From Bryobacteraceae bacterium (GTDB lineage Bacteria > Acidobacteriota > Terriglobia > Bryobacterales > Bryobacteraceae): 64,000 bases of DNA. A program made the position numbers and the translations under genes. Shown piece after piece: positions 23,433-33,180 of this stretch (position 1 is its first letter; each line of letters begins with the position of its first letter). The notes under the pieces are model-generated. The model had not been told where the DNA came from. It searched no databases and saw only the letters and a program-made list of their open reading frames with translations. The stretch lies in NCBI GenBank assembly GCA_049969655.1, contig JBMFOK010000002.1:112891-176890 (forward strand). Direction: 5' to 3'.

Positions 23433-23473
23433 CCGGGCGGACCTGGAAACGGGTCCGCCCGGTTCTGTTTTTC
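23433..23473 (+). terminator. Rho-independent terminator after the PFOR / DHOD-like pair
   Basis: CCGGGCGGACC-tggaaacg-GGTCCGCCCGG followed by TTCTGTTTTTC. Confidence 0.75.
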
Positions 23474-23489
23474 TGTGGCGGGGCGGCGG

Positions 23490-24188
23490 TCAGGCGGCCT
23501 GCGGCAAGGTTTCTGCGGGAGGCAGGAGCGAGCCCCAGTTCCAGGCGGGGCCGACGTCGAGTTTGTCCGGGCGGAAGTTCTGGTGGGCGGCGATACCCGA
23601 GAACCGGCAGAAAAAGTCCGGGTCATACATGGCGCGGCGGGAGGCCGGGGGCAGCGCGAAGGGGATGCCGAACGTCTGGCAGAGGTAGGCGACGAGGCGC
23701 TGCACGGCCTGCTCCTGTTGGCGGGTGAAGGCGGCGTACCAGGCGTAGCCGCGGAAGTCGCTTCGGACATATCTGTCCGTTTCCGAGAGGCGGCACCATG
23801 GGGTGCGGAAGTTCCGGGGCCACCAGTTGAGGGTGTCGCCGCCGTCGGGGTCGGGGCGGAGGGGGCCGGGGTTGACGATTTCAATGCCGATGGAGCGGCG
23901 GTCGTTGTAGTGGCCGGGGTTGCGTTCGCGCATGCCGAGGTGGTAGGCCCAGCAGTCGGGTGGAAACATCTGGAAGATGCGGCCGTCGCGTTCGACGACG
24001 AAGGCGGTGGCGACACGGCCGTTGGACGGGCTTTTCCAGGTGTCGAAAACGCTGCGGGCGTTCGAGCTCGCGGTGGCGTGCAGGACGATGAGGCTCTTGG
24101 GGACGCGCTGGGCCCAGTAGCATGAGCCGGGCAGACGGAAGGTCTGTGAGTCAATCCAGGCGGGTGTCTCGATGAGAGTGTTCGTCAT
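23490..24188 (-). CDS. N-acetylmuramoyl-L-alanine amidase (Amidase_2 / PGRP fold)
   Basis: LIVLHATAS..., FVVERDGRIFQM, YHLG and RRSIGIEIVNPG blocks of amidase_2. Start MTNTLIE at 24188. Confidence 0.7.
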   Translation of the reverse strand: MTNTLIETPAWIDSQTFRLPGSCYWAQRVPKSLIVLHATASSNARSVFDTWKSPSNGRVATAFVVERDGRIFQMFPPDCWAYHLGMRERNPGHYNDRRSIGIEIVNPGPLRPDPDGGDTLNWWPRNFRTPWCRLSETDRYVRSDFRGYAWYAAFTRQQEQAVQRLVAYLCQTFGIPFALPPASRRAMYDPDFFCRFSGIAAHQNFRPDKLDVGPAWNWGSLLPPAETLPQAA

Positions 24189-24325
24189 GGCCGGGATTTT
24201 CCACGGCCGTGGAGGCACAGGCGGCGCCCGGCCTGCGGGCAGCGGGCGGAAGCGGTTCGAATTGTGTGGGTTTCCGGCGGCGGTACGTCTTGCGAACTGC
24301 TGTGACGGCGCTTTCGCCGGGGCTG

Positions 24326-25711
24326 TCAGCCGGCGCGGAAGCGCGTCCAGGGGTGGGCCGGCAGGTCGCGAAGGAGCGGCTTCATCCAGGCGAACTGGGG
24401 ATATCTGGCCAGATGCTCGTCGGCGCGGAAGCTGATGCCGCAGGGGTGGCCCATGGCGGCCTCGAGTTCCATGCGGCGGATCATGGCGGCATTGGCGGCC
24501 TTGGCCTGCACGGCGCCGGCCGGACCGAACTCGTCCTGCCAGGGCTTCATGCCGCGGGGGCTCAGATCGACGTGTCCGCAGAGGGTGCGCTCGTTGGGGG
24601 AGGCGTCTTTTTTCTCATAGGTGTCGTAGTGATCGGCGAGGAAGCGTTTGGCTTCCTCGAGGCCGATGCGGCCGCGGTATTCGGTGAGGAGCTGATCCCA
24701 GCGGGCGCGGCGGGCATTGGCGCTGACCGAAGGATCGTTCACCGGGAAGGTGGTTTCTTCGGCGGCGAGCCGCGGGTTGACGGGGAAGTTGGCACCGGAG
24801 AAATAACCGTCCCGGGTGCGTTCGAGGGTGACGTTTTTCAGGCCGAGCTCGAGGCGGGCGATTTCGTTGCGGCGGACGTCGGCGACGAGCCAGGCGTTGG
24901 CGTACCCGCCGTTGTTGCCGCGGATCATGAAAGCGGCGAACTCGTCAATGGACGACGCGTACTGCATGGCCTGGCGGGCGCGGGCGAACTCGGCCACGCC
25001 CTCGGGGTCGAAGCCGTGGAAGGCGGTGATGGTGGTCTCGGTGATGGCGAGCCCGGCGGAGTTGATGCCGAAGTCGTCGCCGGAGTGGATGAAGCCGGGG
25101 AAGCCGTCCATGAGGATGCGGTGGCCGCGTTCGGGACGGATGTCGAAGATGATGTTCCAGCGGGCGCCTTCGAGGTATCCGGACCAGTTGTTGTGGGCGA
25201 TGACGGGCTGGCCGTCGCGGGTCCAGCTTCCGGTGGCGACGAAGGCGCTGCAACGGTCCGGGGCGGGGGACTTTTTCTGTCCGTCGAGCGAGGCGGTGTA
25301 GTAGCCGAGCTCGATGCTGGCGTTGTGGGCGGCGAGGTCGTAGATGTCGGCGTGGACGCCGGCGCGGGCGAGGCCGTCGGCCATGCCGCGGAGTTCGCGC
25401 TGGTATTCGGGCGGGAGCTTCGGCCAGAGGATCTTTTCGGCCGTTTCGCGGAAGAAGGCCCAGTTGCGTCCGGTGTCGTGTTCGAGGTTGAGTTTTGTCA
25501 CCGCGAGCGCGTCTTCGATTTCCTTCGCGAGCAGAAACCCGTGCTGGAAGCCGATGCGCTCCGGGCTTCCGGAGAGCCGGACGGGAATCCATCCGTTGGT
25601 GGTCTGGCCGCGGTGAGAGCCGGCCAGCCGAGGGTCCGGGCCGGACTGGCAGGTGGCAAGCGGCAGGGCAGCCGCCGCGGAGAGGAGCCGCGCCGATTCG
25701 CGCCGTGTCAT
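24326..25711 (-). CDS. Ntn-hydrolase superfamily protein (peptidase C45 / phospholipase-B-like), lipoprotein-type leader
   Basis: Leader MTRRESARLLSAAAALPLATC. Candidate nucleophile context PDRCSAFVATGSWTRDGQPVIAHNNW resembles C45/PLB-like self-processing sites. Family assignment is by eye only. Confidence 0.5.
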   Translation of the reverse strand: MTRRESARLLSAAAALPLATCQSGPDPRLAGSHRGQTTNGWIPVRLSGSPERIGFQHGFLLAKEIEDALAVTKLNLEHDTGRNWAFFRETAEKILWPKLPPEYQRELRGMADGLARAGVHADIYDLAAHNASIELGYYTASLDGQKKSPAPDRCSAFVATGSWTRDGQPVIAHNNWSGYLEGARWNIIFDIRPERGHRILMDGFPGFIHSGDDFGINSAGLAITETTITAFHGFDPEGVAEFARARQAMQYASSIDEFAAFMIRGNNGGYANAWLVADVRRNEIARLELGLKNVTLERTRDGYFSGANFPVNPRLAAEETTFPVNDPSVSANARRARWDQLLTEYRGRIGLEEAKRFLADHYDTYEKKDASPNERTLCGHVDLSPRGMKPWQDEFGPAGAVQAKAANAAMIRRMELEAAMGHPCGISFRADEHLARYPQFAWMKPLLRDLPAHPWTRFRAG

Positions 25712-25739
25712 GCGTCCGATGATACCAGCGGGACGGAGG

Positions 25740-26393
25740 TCAATGGCAGCCCTTGCAGGTGAACTTCCGGCCGTGGCAGACGGCGCAGCCCTGGCGGGGG
25801 AAGTCCTTGTCGCCGTGTTTGTCCACGAACTCCTGGGTGTGGCTGGCGGGGCGGAAGCCCCGGGCCGGCTCGACGTGGCACTTCAGGCAGGAGTCCGGCG
25901 GGTTGATGCGGCCGTGACAGACGAGGCAATCGGCCATCTGCGGGAAATGGGCGGCGGTTTTCTGGCCGTGCTGGACATTTTCGCTTTCCGGAATTCCGCG
26001 GTGACAGGCGGTGCAGGGATCTTTGACCTGCGCGAGGAATTCCGGGGAGGGCGGATGATCTCCAAGATAGGTTTTTGCCTTCACCGCCGCAGAAATGACG
26101 GCAGAGATATTGCCCATCTGGACATGAATCGAATGGTTGAATTTATCGACTCCGGTCTGATTGGGTTCGCCGATTTCCACCTCATCGTGGCAGGTGACGC
26201 ATGCCATGCTGTCGGGCAGGAGATTGTCCGCGGCCTTCGTGGATGAAGCGGCGTCCCGGTGGCAGTTTTCGCAGGACGTGACCTGTTTCAGGTGATATTT
26301 GTGCGAGAAGGGCCGGCGGGGAGCGGACAGCGCGACCGCCGCCCCCGCCAGGATCAGGAGAGAAATCAGGGCTTTGAGTAGGTGATTCGCCAC
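25740..26393 (-). CDS. Heptahaem c-type cytochrome (c3/c7-like) with N-terminal hydrophobic anchor or signal
   Basis: Seven CxxCH motifs counted: CENCH, CVTCH, CTACH, CLVCH, CLKCH, CAVCH, CKGCH. The protein ends at the last haem His. Confidence 0.85.
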   Translation of the reverse strand: MANHLLKALISLLILAGAAVALSAPRRPFSHKYHLKQVTSCENCHRDAASSTKAADNLLPDSMACVTCHDEVEIGEPNQTGVDKFNHSIHVQMGNISAVISAAVKAKTYLGDHPPSPEFLAQVKDPCTACHRGIPESENVQHGQKTAAHFPQMADCLVCHGRINPPDSCLKCHVEPARGFRPASHTQEFVDKHGDKDFPRQGCAVCHGRKFTCKGCH

Positions 26394-27556
26394 AGGCGGT
26401 TACCTCCGTCATCGGAAATGAGGAGGCTGCCGTCCTTCATCTGGAGGAGGCCGACGGGCCGCCCCCAGACTTCCTTTCGCGACGGATCGAGCATGAAACC
26501 GGTGAGGAAATCCTCGGGCGGACCGGCCGGTTTTCCGTCTTTAAAAGGAATGAAAGCCACAGAATATCCGATCCGGCGCGAGCGGTTCCAGGATCCGTGA
26601 AAGGCGAGGAAAGCGCCTCCGCGGTATCGTTCGGGGAACATTTTCCCGGTGTAAAAACGGGCGTCGAGCACGGCGACGTGGGCGGGGAGGATCACGTCCG
26701 GCACGATGGTCTTGGCGACGAGGTCCGGCCGCTGCCCGCGATTGCGCGGGTCCTCGTTGGGGCCGATGTAGGCGTAAGGCCAGCCGTAAAAGCCGCCGAA
26801 GCGGATGGAGGTGAAGTAGTCCGGCACGAGGTCGTCGCCGAGCCCGTCGCGCTCCTGGACGGCGGCCCAGAGGGTATCGGTACCAGGATAGAAGTCGAGG
26901 CCGATGGGGTTGCGCGTGCCGGTGGCGACGAATTCACGGCCGGAGCCATCGGGATTGAAGCGGAGAATGGCGGCGCGGATTTCGGGCTCGCCGGGGCTGA
27001 CATTGGACTGCGAACCGACGGCGAGGTAGAACTTTTCGCCTTTGCGGTCGAACAGGATGGTGCGGGTCCAGTGCCCGGTGGCGGCCTCTTTGAGGGGGAC
27101 GATCTCTTCGGGGCTGGAGGCCTGAAGCTTCTTGGGATCGTATTTATAGCGCTTAACCGAGGTGGTCTCGGCGACGTACAGGTAGTCCTTCCAGAGGGCG
27201 AGGCCGAAGGGGCGGTCGAGCCCTTCGAGGAGGACGGTTTTCTCGTCGTCGGCGATGCGGTTGTCGTGGTTGCGGTCGACGAGGGCGTAGACCCTGCCGG
27301 GCCGCATCGAGTCCGAGAGGAGGATTTCGCCGGCCGGGCCGTAAATCATATAGCGCGGGCGCTCGAAGCCGGAGGCGAACTCCTGGACGTCAAAGCCGGC
27401 AGGCACCTGGAGGCGAGCGCCATCGGGGCGTTCGATCACGCGGGGCGGATTCGAGGCCGAGGGCGTGTGGAAGGGCGGGGGCAGTTTGACCGGCTGTGCG
27501 GAGGCGGCGGCGAGGCCCAGAGCGGCCGCCGTGAAAAGCCATCGTGCAATCGTCAT
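26366..27556 (-). CDS. PQQ-dependent sugar (aldose/sorbosone) dehydrogenase, beta-propeller
   Basis: Signal peptide MTIARWLFTAAALGLAAASA. GFERPRYM, RNPIGLDF, GGFYGWPYAYIGPNEDPR and HGSWNRS blocks typical of soluble PQQ glucose/sorbosone dehydrogenases. Alternative start at 27610. Confidence 0.8.
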   Translation of the reverse strand: MTIARWLFTAAALGLAAASAQPVKLPPPFHTPSASNPPRVIERPDGARLQVPAGFDVQEFASGFERPRYMIYGPAGEILLSDSMRPGRVYALVDRNHDNRIADDEKTVLLEGLDRPFGLALWKDYLYVAETTSVKRYKYDPKKLQASSPEEIVPLKEAATGHWTRTILFDRKGEKFYLAVGSQSNVSPGEPEIRAAILRFNPDGSGREFVATGTRNPIGLDFYPGTDTLWAAVQERDGLGDDLVPDYFTSIRFGGFYGWPYAYIGPNEDPRNRGQRPDLVAKTIVPDVILPAHVAVLDARFYTGKMFPERYRGGAFLAFHGSWNRSRRIGYSVAFIPFKDGKPAGPPEDFLTGFMLDPSRKEVWGRPVGLLQMKDGSLLISDDGGNRLWRITYSKP

Positions 27557-27615
27557 CGTAGCTGCCATTCTACCGTTGACGGCGGGGCGGGAGTCTGAAA
27601 GAGGTTTCATTGTGA

Positions 27616-27963
27616 ATGGCCGGCAGTTCGGCGGAGATTTTTCTGCGGGGCGGGCCACCTATAGGCAGGATGAAGCGGTCGCCGGTGGAAGCGGTGGAGC
27701 GTCAGGCGGAGGCATTCCAGGAGTCTGTCACCGAAGCGTTGTGCCGGCTGGATGAGAGCCGGAAGGCATTTGAAGAGACGGCGCAGGCAATTGAAGCGAT
27801 GCTGGCGCCTCGGGAAGAGAGGGTGGAGACGGCCGGCCGGGAGGCGGAGGCTGAGCCGGGAGTCCGCCTGAACAGGAGAGGGTATGCAGCGTTCTGGCTT
27901 GGGGTGCTGCTGGTCGCGACGGGAGCGTTCGCCGCCGGCTACTGGGCGGCGATGTCGCGGTGA
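27616..27963 (+). CDS. Hypothetical small coiled-coil protein with C-terminal transmembrane anchor
   Basis: ORF-track 27616..27963. Alternative ATG 27670 (MKRSPVEAVERQ...). C-terminal YAAFWLGVLLVATGAFAAGYWAA is a TM segment. No family recognised. Confidence 0.35.
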   Translation: MAGSSAEIFLRGGPPIGRMKRSPVEAVERQAEAFQESVTEALCRLDESRKAFEETAQAIEAMLAPREERVETAGREAEAEPGVRLNRRGYAAFWLGVLLVATGAFAAGYWAAMSR

Positions 27964-27969
27964 AAGGCG

Positions 27970-28950
27970 CTATTTGCCCGAGTCGCGCAACACGTAGATG
28001 GGATCGGGCTTTGAGGCCGTCTCGAAGACGGTGACCGGCTCGAGCGACGGCAGCCGGAGGCGGACGGTGCGGTTGTCGCCCTGGGCAGAGACGAACAGGG
28101 TATTGCTTTCGGGATGGAGCCGGATGCCTTCGGCGTGGGAGCCGACGCGGGCACGCCGGACTTCGAGCAGCGTGGACGCGTCGATGATGGCGACCTCGCC
28201 GGACTCGATGAGCGAGACGTAGACCCAGCGGTTGTCGGGCGAGACGACGGTTCGGGAGGGCTGGCCCGGAACGCCGATTTTGCGTTTCACAGTGTTGGTG
28301 ACGGCATCGACGACGACGACGGTGTTGGCCGTGCGCGTGCCAACATAGAGGGTCTTCTCATCGGGCGAGAGGGCGATGCCCATGGGAACGCCGCCGACTT
28401 CGATGGAGCCGCGCTGGCGGCGGTTGCGCAGGTCGATGACACTGACCGTACCGGAGCCGGAGTCGGCGGTCCAGGCCTGGCGTTCATCGGCGGTGACGGC
28501 CACCAGATGGGGCAGCTTGCCGGAGACCGGAATGGCATGCAGGAGACGTCTCCGGCGGCTGTCGATGACGGCGAGGGAGGGCGGAAAATCGCAGGTGACG
28601 TAAAGCCGGCCGGAGCGGCCGAGCTGGATGCCGTGGGGCCGGTGATGAACGCCGAGGGAGATTTCGCCGTCCGGTTTGCGGGCGGCGAGGTCGACGACGG
28701 TGAGCGTGTTGCCGCCCTGTTTGTCCTCGGTCCAGGAGTCGACGCCATAGTTGGTGACGAAGGCGAAGCGGCCGTCGGGAGTGACGGCGAACTCGTGGGG
28801 TTTTGAGCCGACGGGGATCTTCGTGATGAGTTTGGCGGCGGCGGGGTCGTAGAGGCCGAGCGAATCGTCGCCCTTGTGGAGGATGAGCACCTGGGCGCAA
28901 AGGGCGCAAGCGCCGAAGAGGCAAGCCAGGAGGAGAAAGCAGAGCCGCAT
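27970..28950 (-). CDS. Secreted YVTN-family beta-propeller repeat protein
   Basis: Signal peptide MRLCFLLLACLFGACALCA. Repeated ...P.G.A.SPDG...YV.N...tvsVID motifs (PHEFAVTPDGRFAFVTN, TVSVIDL, PMGIALSPDEKTLYV). Confidence 0.75.
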   Translation of the reverse strand: MRLCFLLLACLFGACALCAQVLILHKGDDSLGLYDPAAAKLITKIPVGSKPHEFAVTPDGRFAFVTNYGVDSWTEDKQGGNTLTVVDLAARKPDGEISLGVHHRPHGIQLGRSGRLYVTCDFPPSLAVIDSRRRRLLHAIPVSGKLPHLVAVTADERQAWTADSGSGTVSVIDLRNRRQRGSIEVGGVPMGIALSPDEKTLYVGTRTANTVVVVDAVTNTVKRKIGVPGQPSRTVVSPDNRWVYVSLIESGEVAIIDASTLLEVRRARVGSHAEGIRLHPESNTLFVSAQGDNRTVRLRLPSLEPVTVFETASKPDPIYVLRDSGK

Positions 28951-29060
28951 GGAAACATTGTCCGCCGGACGGCGGGGCCGGGGGAAGAGCGGCGGCTCGC
29001 GGCAGGGGGCGGTGCGGCAGGCAATGGCGCCAGTGGCAGGCCGGCGGCGCGGCCCAGTGC

Positions 29061-29170
29061 AGGAGCGGCGCGGGGGCCCTGCAAAGACGCGCGAAATTGT
29101 TTGAAGCAGAACCGGCCAATCTTGTTCCGGCCTGCCGGCGCGGGCCGGACCGGTTCCTTGCGCGGCGGCT
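29061..29170 (+). pseudogene. Degenerate, frame-disrupted duplicate of the 5' third of the downstream alpha/beta-hydrolase gene
   Basis: 29100..29134 versus 29471..29505: 31 of 35 positions identical by manual alignment (TTTGAAGCAGAACCGG......TTGTTCCGGCCTG). Flanking CAAAGAC, GCGCGGGG, GCCGGACCG and GCGGCGGC blocks are co-linear. The upstream copy hits an in-frame TGA. Confidence 0.5.
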
Positions 29171-29290
29171 GGATGACGCCGCGGGGATGGTCGCCCGCCG
29201 ACCGGAAGACGGCCGCCTGCGAGCTCCGCCCGCCCTGGGCGCGGAGGCCGCGGGGGCAACCGCCCGCGGCCGGGGCCCGGCGGTTGCGCG

Positions 29291-30226
29291 ATGATAGGGG
29301 CGATGGGCGCAACGAGACGGGCCTTTCTGCTGGGGATGGCCCAGCGGAGGCGCGCGCGGCTGGAGGCGCTGGAGCGGGTGATGGGGCCGATGCCGGACCC
29401 GGACGGACCCCCACGCTGGGAGACGGTGGAGGAACAGCGCGGGGAGGGATTTCAAAGACACAAGATTCTATTTGAAGCAGAACCGGGTGATTTTGTTCCG
29501 GCCTGGCTTCTTGTGCCGGACCGCCGGCATCCGCGGCGGCCGGCGGCGCTGTGCCTGCACCAGACGACCAGGATCGGCAAGGACGAGCCGGCGGGGCTGG
29601 GCGGGCGGGCGAACCTGCATCTGGCGAAGGAGCTGGCGCAGCGCGGCTGGACGGCGCTGGCGCCGGACTATCCGAACTTCGGCGAGTACCGCAGTGACCC
29701 TTACGCGCGCGGCTACGCGAGCGCGACGATGAAGGGGATTCTGAACCACGCGCGGGCGCTGCGGCTGCTTGCGTCGCTGGACGGCGTGGACGGGCGGCGG
29801 ATCGCGGCCGTGGGCCATTCCCTCGGCGGGCACAACGCGCTGTTTCTGGCGGCGTTCGAGCCGCGGGTGGCGGGCGTCGTGACGAGCTGCGGGTTCACGA
29901 GCTTCCGGCGTTACATGGGCGGCGACCTGCGCGGCTGGAGCCATGCGGGCTACATGCCGCGAATCGCGAGCGAGTTCGGCTGCGACCCGGCGCGGGTGCC
30001 GTTTGACTTCACGGACGTCTTTGCCCTGATCGCCCCGCGGCCGGTGTTTGTCAACGCGCCGACGGGGGACGGCAACTTCGACGTGCGGGGCGTGTGGGAG
30101 GTGCTCGACGCGGTACGCGGATGGTTTCCACGCGGGAAACTGGAGGCGGCGCACCCGGAGTGCGGGCACGATTTTCCGGCGGCGGTGCGGGAACGGGCCT
30201 GGAGATTTCTGGAGCGCGCGCTGTGA
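29291..30226 (+). CDS. Alpha/beta hydrolase (dienelactone-hydrolase / acetyl-xylan-esterase-like)
   Basis: Nucleophile elbow GHSLGG, plus later Asp and His (HPECGHDF) candidates. Possible Tat-like leader MGATRRAFLLGMA. Confidence 0.75.
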   Translation: MIGAMGATRRAFLLGMAQRRRARLEALERVMGPMPDPDGPPRWETVEEQRGEGFQRHKILFEAEPGDFVPAWLLVPDRRHPRRPAALCLHQTTRIGKDEPAGLGGRANLHLAKELAQRGWTALAPDYPNFGEYRSDPYARGYASATMKGILNHARALRLLASLDGVDGRRIAAVGHSLGGHNALFLAAFEPRVAGVVTSCGFTSFRRYMGGDLRGWSHAGYMPRIASEFGCDPARVPFDFTDVFALIAPRPVFVNAPTGDGNFDVRGVWEVLDAVRGWFPRGKLEAAHPECGHDFPAAVRERAWRFLERAL

Positions 30227-30286
30227 ACGCGCGGACGCTATGATATTCTTTCGCGAAGGCGCGGCGGCAGGCCGCGCGCGAGCGTC

Positions 30287-31321
30287 ATGCCCACGATCAA
30301 GGACGTGGCCGAGCTGGCCGGGGTCAGCGTCGGCACGGTGAGCCATGTCATTGCCGGCACGGCCCGGGTGAGCGAGGCGACGCGGACGCGCGTCGAGAAG
30401 GCGATCCGGCAGCTTGGCTACCGACCGGATCCGATTGCGCGGAGCCTGAAGTCGCGGCGATCGCGGATGATCGGGATGGTGATCAGCGACATCACCAACC
30501 CCTTCTTTTCGGAGGTCGTGCGCGGGGCCGAGGACGCGGTGCTGGAGCGCGGGTATTTCCTGGCGACGTACAACACGGACGACAACCTGGAGCGCGAGCG
30601 GAAGCTGTTCGAGCTGTTCGAGTCGTGGCGCGTGGACGGGATGCTGGTGGTGACGGCGGTGGAGCGCGGGCGGCGGCCGCACATTGAGGCGGCGATCCGC
30701 GGGGGCACGCCGGTAGTGTGCCTGGACAGGCGGCCGGGCGGACTGGAGGCGGACTCGGTGACGGTGAACAACGCGGAGGCGGTGGAAGAGGCCATCGGCT
30801 ATCTGGCCGAGCTGGGCTACCGGCGCATCGCTTTCGTGGGCGGCGGGCCTTCGATGTATGTCGCCTCGGACCGCCTGCGCGGCTACCGCCGGGCGATGAA
30901 GCGGCTAGGGCTGGAACCGGTGGACTACTGCGCCGACTTTCGCGTTCCTGGGGCGCGCCAGGTGGCGCTTCAGGCGCTGAGCACCGTGCCGCGGCCGGAA
31001 GCGGTGTTCGCCGCCAACATCCTGACGGCGGCGGGCATCTTGCAGGGGATGCGCGAGTTGGGGCTGCGGTGCCCGCAGGACGTGGCGCTGGCGACGTTTG
31101 ACTGCGTGGAGCTGTTGCAGTCCTTCGGCCTGCAACTGACCTGCGTGGCGCAGCCGGCGTATCAGATTGGCTCCGAGGCAGCCCACCTGCTGATGGACCG
31201 GCTGGAGGGCAAGCTCGATGTCCTGAAGCCGCGGCACATCGTGCTGCGGTGCGAGCTCCGGCCGGGCGAATCGACGCCGCCGCGGCGCGACGGGGAGGGT
31301 TCCCGACGTCTTTGGGGATGA
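30287..31321 (+). CDS. LacI-family transcriptional regulator
   Basis: N-terminal HTH MPTIKDVAELAGVSVGTVSHVI...VSEATRTRVEKAIRQLGYRPDPIARSLK, followed by a periplasmic-binding-protein-like sugar-binding core. Confidence 0.9.
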   Translation: MPTIKDVAELAGVSVGTVSHVIAGTARVSEATRTRVEKAIRQLGYRPDPIARSLKSRRSRMIGMVISDITNPFFSEVVRGAEDAVLERGYFLATYNTDDNLERERKLFELFESWRVDGMLVVTAVERGRRPHIEAAIRGGTPVVCLDRRPGGLEADSVTVNNAEAVEEAIGYLAELGYRRIAFVGGGPSMYVASDRLRGYRRAMKRLGLEPVDYCADFRVPGARQVALQALSTVPRPEAVFAANILTAAGILQGMRELGLRCPQDVALATFDCVELLQSFGLQLTCVAQPAYQIGSEAAHLLMDRLEGKLDVLKPRHIVLRCELRPGESTPPRRDGEGSRRLWG

Positions 31322-31624
31322 AAACCGCACCAGCACGGGCGGGCTTTCAACCACGGACGAAGGCCGGGGCAGCCGCTCGAGCCGGCAGTCGGCCCGCACG
31401 GCCAGGAGCCGGCAGCCGCCGGGTGGTGTTCCGGTGAGCTGCGATGGCGGGACGGGCGCCGAGTGGTGGCCCGATCCTTGCAGAATCACGGCGTTCCGAC
31501 TTCTGAGCCGCCAGGGAAGCGGCGCCAAGCGCCGCGAAAACGAGCGGACAACCGTGCAGGGGGAACCGTCGCGCCGATTCTGATTCCAGCGCATGGCCCG
31601 CCAGGTTCGTCGGGGCTCGCCACG

Positions 31625-31656
31625 GAAAGGAGAAGGGCGCCCCGCGCGGGGCGCCC
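31625..31656 (-). terminator. Terminator hairpin downstream of ahcY
   Basis: GGGCGCCCC-GCGC-GGGGCGCCC (31635..31656), followed on the minus strand by TTCTCCTTTCC. Lies 25 nt after the ahcY stop. Confidence 0.65.
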
Positions 31657-31680
31657 TCGAATCCCGGAGACAGCTCTCGT

Positions 31681-33111
<1,431 letters not shown>

Positions 33112-33131
33112 CAGCTGTCTCTCCTGGCTGG

Positions 33132-33137
33132 ATTGTA
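33132..33137 (-). promoter_or_regulatory. Candidate -10 box (TACAAT on minus strand) for ahcY
   Basis: Minus strand reads cgaTACAATccagccaggagagacagctgATG. Overlaps the left arm of the palindrome. Confidence 0.4.
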
Positions 33138-33154
33138 TCGTTCCATCACGATAC
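33135..33154. promoter_or_regulatory. Perfect inverted repeat GTATCGT-N6-ACGATAC, candidate operator of the adjacent ArsR/SahR-like regulator
   Basis: 7-bp arms at 33135..33141 and 33148..33154, in the 69-bp divergent ahcY/regulator intergenic region, flanked by both candidate -10 boxes. Confidence 0.55.
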
Positions 33155-33159
33155 GTTGA

Positions 33160-33165
33160 TATAAT
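33160..33165 (+). promoter_or_regulatory. Candidate -10 box (TATAAT) for the ArsR-methyltransferase gene
   Basis: Consensus TATAAT 15 nt upstream of ATG 33181 and 5 nt right of the palindrome. Confidence 0.4.
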
Positions 33166-33180
33166 GCCAGACGAGACCCC

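Noticed and set aside
24209-25762. 517-aa ORF on the plus strand
   Set aside because: G/A/V/E-rich antisense shadow of the Ntn-hydrolase gene. The minus-strand product has a leader peptide and normal composition.
30250-30257. TTCGCGAA palindrome upstream of the LacI-family regulator as its operator
   Set aside because: Only 8 bp, so it is expected by chance and does not match the usual 14-20-bp LacI-type operator length.
33112-33180. Possible SAH or SAM riboswitch in the ahcY leader
   Set aside because: Only 69 bp are shared with a divergent gene, and the candidate -10 leaves a leader of roughly 15-20 nt, too short for an SAH-riboswitch fold. The palindrome is better explained as a protein operator.
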